Below, one piece after another: positions 6,489 through 10,186 of a stretch of 10,186 nucleotides of DNA. Origin of the DNA: an uncultured Deinococcales bacterium (lineage in GTDB: Bacteria > Deinococcota > Deinococci > Deinococcales > JAAFIG01); NCBI GenBank assembly GCA_964247135.1, contig CAXTTL010000178.1:1-10186 (forward strand), written 5' to 3'. The notes below the pieces were generated by a model, which saw nothing but the letters and a program-made list of their open reading frames with translations, did no database searches and was not told the DNA's origin. The stretch's first letter is position 1, and the number at the start of each line of letters is the position of its first letter. Both the position numbers and the translations under genes were made by a program.

Positions 6489-7499
6489 TTACGGATACGG
6501 TTTGCCAATCGCTTTGGGTGCCCTCGAGCGTCCAATAAAGCCTGCCAGCACCAGAATGGTGAGTATAAACGGCAGCACATCGACCACGGCGGAGGGCAGA
6601 ATGTCGTCACCGCCCAAACGGATTGCCAGGGCTTTGAAAAAACCGAACAGCAGGCAGGCGAACATGGTGTTCCAAGGCAACCACTTGCCGAAAATTAGGG
6701 CTGCCAGGGCAATAAAGCCTTGGTTGGCGCTCATGCCCCTGTTGAATTTGTCCAGGTTGCCGATGCTTAAATACGCTCCAGCCAAACCTGCCAGCACGCC
6801 CGAGATGATCACAGCGGTGTAACGCATTTGCATGACGTTGACCCCAACGCTGGCGGCGGCTTGCGGGGCTTCGCCGACGCTGCGCAGCCTCAAACCGAAA
6901 GGGGTGCGGTAGAGCACGTAAGACACGACCGGAACGATCAAGAAGGCGGCATAAACCAGCGGCGAAAACTGAACCGCGCCGATGCCCCATAAAGGCAAGA
7001 CGTTGATGACCGATGCCGAGTCGGAGGTGTTGTTGTAAAAATACTGCAAAATCACGGCTGGTACACCTGTCGCCAGCAAATTGATGGCAGTCCCAGAAAT
7101 CACTTGATCGGCACGGTATTTGATCGAAGCCAGCGCATGAATCCAGGCGACAAAACCGCCCACCAGCATGGCGGCAAGCACGCCAACCCACGGTACCCAG
7201 GGCAGGGCAGCATTGGGGTCGGTTTTCAAAAATGGGGCTTCGACCTGCTGGGCAACCACGGCTGCCGCCAGAGCGCCAAACAGCATGATGCCCTCGAGCG
7301 CAATGTTGACAATGCCCGAGCGTTCGGAGAACAATCCGCCCAGCGCGGCGAACAAGAGTGGTGTCGTGAACCTGAGTGTGGTTGGGATCAAGACCGCCAA
7401 TGCCGCCACGACCGCACTCGAGGGGGCGACAATGGCAAGCACGATCAGCACCAAAATAAATACTGCCCCAGCAATCAACCACGGGGAACGGAAATTCAT
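6489..7499 (-). CDS. Nucleoside/simple-sugar ABC transporter permease (NupC/YufQ-like, BPD_transp_2)
   Basis: TPLLFAALGGLFSERSGIVNIALEGIMLFGA, ADQVISGTAINLLA, TPFGLRLRSVGEAPQAAASVGVNV, GFIALAALIFGKW, C-terminal APKAIGKPY. ATGA overlap with the upstream permease. Confidence 0.93.
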   Translation of the reverse strand: MNFRSPWLIAGAVFILVLIVLAIVAPSSAVVAALAVLIPTTLRFTTPLLFAALGGLFSERSGIVNIALEGIMLFGALAAAVVAQQVEAPFLKTDPNAALPWVPWVGVLAAMLVGGFVAWIHALASIKYRADQVISGTAINLLATGVPAVILQYFYNNTSDSASVINVLPLWGIGAVQFSPLVYAAFLIVPVVSYVLYRTPFGLRLRSVGEAPQAAASVGVNVMQMRYTAVIISGVLAGLAGAYLSIGNLDKFNRGMSANQGFIALAALIFGKWLPWNTMFACLLFGFFKALAIRLGGDDILPSAVVDVLPFILTILVLAGFIGRSRAPKAIGKPYP

Positions 7500-9394
7500 A
7501 CGTCCACCTGGGCTTGCTTCTCGAGTTCAGGTTCTTTGGGCGGCGGGGCTGGTTTAAAAAAACTGTTCGGTAAAAAACCACGCGTGGCAATGAACAGCAC
7601 AATCAAAGCTTGCAGCACCGTCACAATTTCCCTCGAGACTTTATCGAGCGCCTGATCGAGGTTCAGTCCGCCCGTACCGAGCACGCCAAACAAAATGCTC
7701 GAGACGATCACGCCGACGGGGGTGTTTTGCCCGAGCAGCGCGACGGTGATGCCGCCAAAACCAGCGATATCGGCGGGCATCGATTGTTTGAGGCGGTATT
7801 CGGTGAGCGCCCCACCGAGCACGTAATGGGTCGCGCCCAGACCGCACAGCGCGCCCGAGATTGCCATTGCCATGATGGTGTTGCGCCCGATGTTGACCCC
7901 ACCATACTCGGCGGCTTTGGGGGCAAGTCCGACGGCTCGCATGTCAAAACCGTAGGCGGTGCGCCACAGGAACACGCCGACAAAAACGGCTGCCAACAGG
8001 GACACCAGAAAAGATACGTTCAAACCAGAGTTGGTCATCGATCCCGAAATGTTCAGGGTGATTTTGGGCAGAATTAAACCGAGTACCACGCCCGCAATCG
8101 CCCCAGCCCCAGAGGTCAAACCTCGACGACGGAAGTCGCCCCTCGAGAAAACCCAACCGAGCGCCAGCCCAATGAGTGCGAGCGGCAACATCAGGGTGAT
8201 TTGGTTTTGTCCGGTGCGCAAACCGAACAGTTCGACCATGTTTTGCAATCGTGCGCCCTCGCCCAAGAGGGCGCTTTTGGCTTCGCCGCCCTCGGCTTTG
8301 AACGGAAGATGTACGGTCTGACCAAAGAATTTGTAATCGTTCGCGCCGATCAAAAACACCAGAACGCCCGCCGCGATTGAATTGAGCATGATCGTGTTAA
8401 TCACCTCTGATGATCCGAAACGGGCTTTGAGCCAACCTGGAAGCGCCCCCCACAAACCGCCACCGACGGCGGCGGCAACCACCGCCAGCGGTCCAATGAC
8501 AATCCAAGGTCCTGGAATGTAAACGCCGACGGCGGTGGCGAACAACGCGCCAAACACGATTTGCCCTGGTGCGCCAATGTTAAACAGACCAGTGCGAAAA
8601 CCGAATGCCAAGCCAAGACCGCTGAAAATCAGTGGCGTCGCCAGCGACAAGCTCTGCCAGATGCCGGATAAATCCAGACTCGGGCGGAACTTGGGCAGCG
8701 CGGGTCCGAGCAAGCTCGAGTACGAAAACCACAGCAGGTCGATGTGTCCGATCAGGCTCGAGATTGGGTCTGGGTGAAGGTCGTTGCCTGGGACGCCCTG
8801 CAAAATCAGAATCACCACGCCACCAACAACCATTGCAAGGAGCATGGCGATGACTGGAACGAGTCCGCCTCGGGCTGCGGCGAATGCTCGCGCTCGAGTT
8901 GGGTTTTGTGCCAGGCTGTAGACGATGGCGGCGATGCCAACAAAAAGACTTAAGAACAGCCAGAGATTCGGTCCAAGGTTGCGAAACGGCAAGCGGCGAT
9001 AGGCGGTGCCAGCCGCCAAAAGCGGCGCTTGAATCAAATCGATGGCACGAACGAACAAAGCCGTGTCGATGATGGTCAGAACAATCACCAGCACGCCAGC
9101 AACCAGGGTCCATCTTGACCGCGTGAATGCCAAACCCGCCAAGACCAGCAATGCCAGAATCAACAACCAAGCCACCAGGGTCACGCCAGCGAAATCTGGC
9201 AGGGTGCTTGGCAGGCGCCCCGTAAAGTCGAGGATTCGCCCGGGATGAATCAGTAACGCACCCTCGCCACCGAACGACCTCGAGAGCGTGCCCAAGGGCA
9301 CCAGAAAACTGGCGAGGGCGGTCAGAATGGCAAAACCCGCCACAACGGGTCCATAACGGTCATTGGGTTTTGCTCGGGTCATGGCGGTGGTCAC
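7496..9394 (-). CDS. Nucleoside ABC transporter permease (NupB/YufP-like) with extra N-terminal membrane region, 632 aa
   Basis: ATPLIFSGLGLAFGFRTGLFNIGAPGQ, LKARFGSSEVINTIMLN, TAYGFDMRAVG, GFGGITVALLGQNTPVG. The GTG start is supported by a TAGAAT -10 six nt upstream. Confidence 0.92.
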   Translation of the reverse strand: MTTAMTRAKPNDRYGPVVAGFAILTALASFLVPLGTLSRSFGGEGALLIHPGRILDFTGRLPSTLPDFAGVTLVAWLLILALLVLAGLAFTRSRWTLVAGVLVIVLTIIDTALFVRAIDLIQAPLLAAGTAYRRLPFRNLGPNLWLFLSLFVGIAAIVYSLAQNPTRARAFAAARGGLVPVIAMLLAMVVGGVVILILQGVPGNDLHPDPISSLIGHIDLLWFSYSSLLGPALPKFRPSLDLSGIWQSLSLATPLIFSGLGLAFGFRTGLFNIGAPGQIVFGALFATAVGVYIPGPWIVIGPLAVVAAAVGGGLWGALPGWLKARFGSSEVINTIMLNSIAAGVLVFLIGANDYKFFGQTVHLPFKAEGGEAKSALLGEGARLQNMVELFGLRTGQNQITLMLPLALIGLALGWVFSRGDFRRRGLTSGAGAIAGVVLGLILPKITLNISGSMTNSGLNVSFLVSLLAAVFVGVFLWRTAYGFDMRAVGLAPKAAEYGGVNIGRNTIMAMAISGALCGLGATHYVLGGALTEYRLKQSMPADIAGFGGITVALLGQNTPVGVIVSSILFGVLGTGGLNLDQALDKVSREIVTVLQALIVLFIATRGFLPNSFFKPAPPPKEPELEKQAQVDV

Positions 9395-9400
9395 AGCGAC

Positions 9401-9406
9401 ATTCTA
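9401..9406 (-). promoter_or_regulatory. -10 element (TAGAAT) of a probable leaderless promoter for the permease-permease-psuG operon
   Basis: Near-consensus -10 exactly 6 nt before GTG 9394, no SD. Confidence 0.7.
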
Positions 9407-9470
9407 CCCATCTGACTCGAGAAACGGCTAGCCAGTGTGCAATTTGGGGATGCCATCAGCCGTGTATGTA

Positions 9471-9486
9471 CTATGCTGTAGCATAG
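9471..9486. promoter_or_regulatory. Palindrome CTATGCT-GT-AGCATAG in the divergent permease/pilT intergenic region
   Basis: Perfect 7-bp arms with a 2-bp spacer; each arm contains a TATGCT -10-like hexamer. Confidence 0.45.
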
Positions 9487-9553
9487 GATTAAAGATACAC
9501 AACGCTCGAGCCTGGTATTTTCGGGAGATACGGTTCGGGTAGGGGGACTTTGC

Positions 9554-10186
9554 ATGGCTTCAATTATTGACTTGTTAAAAACGATGGTTTCGCGCAATGC
9601 CTCCGATGTTCACCTTCAGGTGGGTTCGCCGCCAATCGGTCGGGTCGATGGCAAGCTGGTGCAATTTGGCACGCAACCGATGTTGCCAGACCAAACCATG
9701 ATTATCGCCAAGACCTTGCTGAACGCCGAGCAGTGGGAAGAGTTCGAGTACCGCCACGAGCTTGATTTCGCCTACCTGATTCCTGGGGTGGCACGGTTTA
9801 GATGCAACATTTTCAGGCAACGTGGTTCGGTCGGAATTGTCATGCGAATTATCGCAGACACGATTCCGTCCTTTGAGGCGCTTGGGCTGCCCTCAGAGCT
9901 GCTCGAGAGTTTTGCGGCGAACGAGCGCGGGATTATTTTGACCACCGGTCCGACGGGTTCGGGCAAGAGCACCACCTTGGCGAGCATTGTCGATCACATC
10001 AACCGCACCTATGCCCATAACGTGATCACGATTGAAGACCCGATTGAAATTTTACATAAAAACCAGCGCAGCATTATTGTCCAGCGCGAGATCGGTTCGG
10101 ACACCAGCGATTTTAAAACCGCACTAAAGTATGCCATGCGTCAAGACCCCGATGTCATCATGATCGGTGAGATGCGCGACAAAGAA
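9554..10186 (+). CDS. pilT: PilT/PilU-family type IV pilus retraction ATPase (3' end runs off the window)
   Basis: AGGGGGA RBS at 9541-9547, ATG 9554. Translation MASIIDLLKTMVSRNASDVHLQVGSPP...RFRCNIFRQRG, Walker A TGPTGSGKSTTLA, Asp box TIEDPIE, AMRQDPDVIMIGEMRD (Walker B). Not in the ORF track. Which PilT paralogue it is cannot be determined here. Confidence 0.93.
   Translation, partial: MASIIDLLKTMVSRNASDVHLQVGSPPIGRVDGKLVQFGTQPMLPDQTMIIAKTLLNAEQWEEFEYRHELDFAYLIPGVARFRCNIFRQRGSVGIVMRIIADTIPSFEALGLPSELLESFAANERGIILTTGPTGSGKSTTLASIVDHINRTYAHNVITIEDPIEILHKNQRSIIVQREIGSDTSDFKTALKYAMRQDPDVIMIGEMRDKE

Larger units (their letters stand above)
170..9907. repeat. Highly iterated dispersed palindrome CTCGAG (about 61 copies)
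   Basis: Manual count of start positions: 170, 330, 432, 479, 588, 731, 833, 984, 1130, 1226, 1295, 1418, 1450, 1540, 1834, 1951, 2053, 2198, 2284, 2611, 2644, 2674, 2695, 2807, 2940, 3026, 3490, 3662, 3793, 3930, 4091, 4114, 4472, 4864, 4942, 4996, 5475, 5633, 5821, 5926, 5935, 6202, 6241, 6292, 6310, 6355, 6382, 6523, 7293, 7417, 7520, 7632, 7698, 8142, 8715, 8757, 8893, 9279, 9416, 9505, 9902. Confidence 0.95.

Noticed and set aside
6208-6822. 204-aa plus-strand ORF and other antisense or shadow ORFs (e.g. 306-536, 351-575, 7104-7655, 8580-9170, 9575-9820, 9772-9987)
   Set aside because: All lie opposite or within confidently identified genes (WYL regulator, psuG, permeases, pilT) and show no family motifs.
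6607-7602. 331-aa alternative-frame ORF on the minus strand
   Set aside because: It overlaps the well-supported permeases, is Cys/Arg-rich and has no recognisable motifs. It is a shadow ORF of GC-rich coding DNA.
170-9907. CTCGAG abundance as a cloning artefact (XhoI concatemers) or a CRISPR/tandem array
   Set aside because: The sites sit in frame inside intact conserved genes without breaking them, spacing is irregular, and flanks are unrelated.

Overview
This is a bacterial chromosomal segment, probably from a Deinococcota (Deinococcus-Thermus) organism. That placement is inferred from leaderless TANNNT-N6-start promoters, a Thermus-type PsuG, an LTAC lipoprotein and PilT. Left to right it contains a 3'-truncated YafY-type HTH-WYL regulator (not in the ORF track), divergent from an SRPBCC gene across a TGACA-N5-TGTCA palindrome. 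Next come a PDZ/radical-SAM DUF512 gene, an AT-richer Eco29kI-like type II R-M cassette (GIY-YIG endonuclease plus C5 methyltransferase) and a small lipoprotein gene. The rest is an operon of two nucleoside-type ABC permeases plus pseudouridine-5'-phosphate glycosidase (psuG), and a truncated pilT-family ATPase (not in the ORF track). The strongest signal is a sequence-wide word pattern rather than a gene. The palindrome CTCGAG occurs about 61 times by manual count (about 2.5 expected at uniform composition), in all three codon phases and in intergenic DNA, resembling cyanobacterial HIP1. By contrast, I found no GGCC (about 40 expected), about 8 CCGG and no CCGCGG. All counts are by eye and need machine confirmation.
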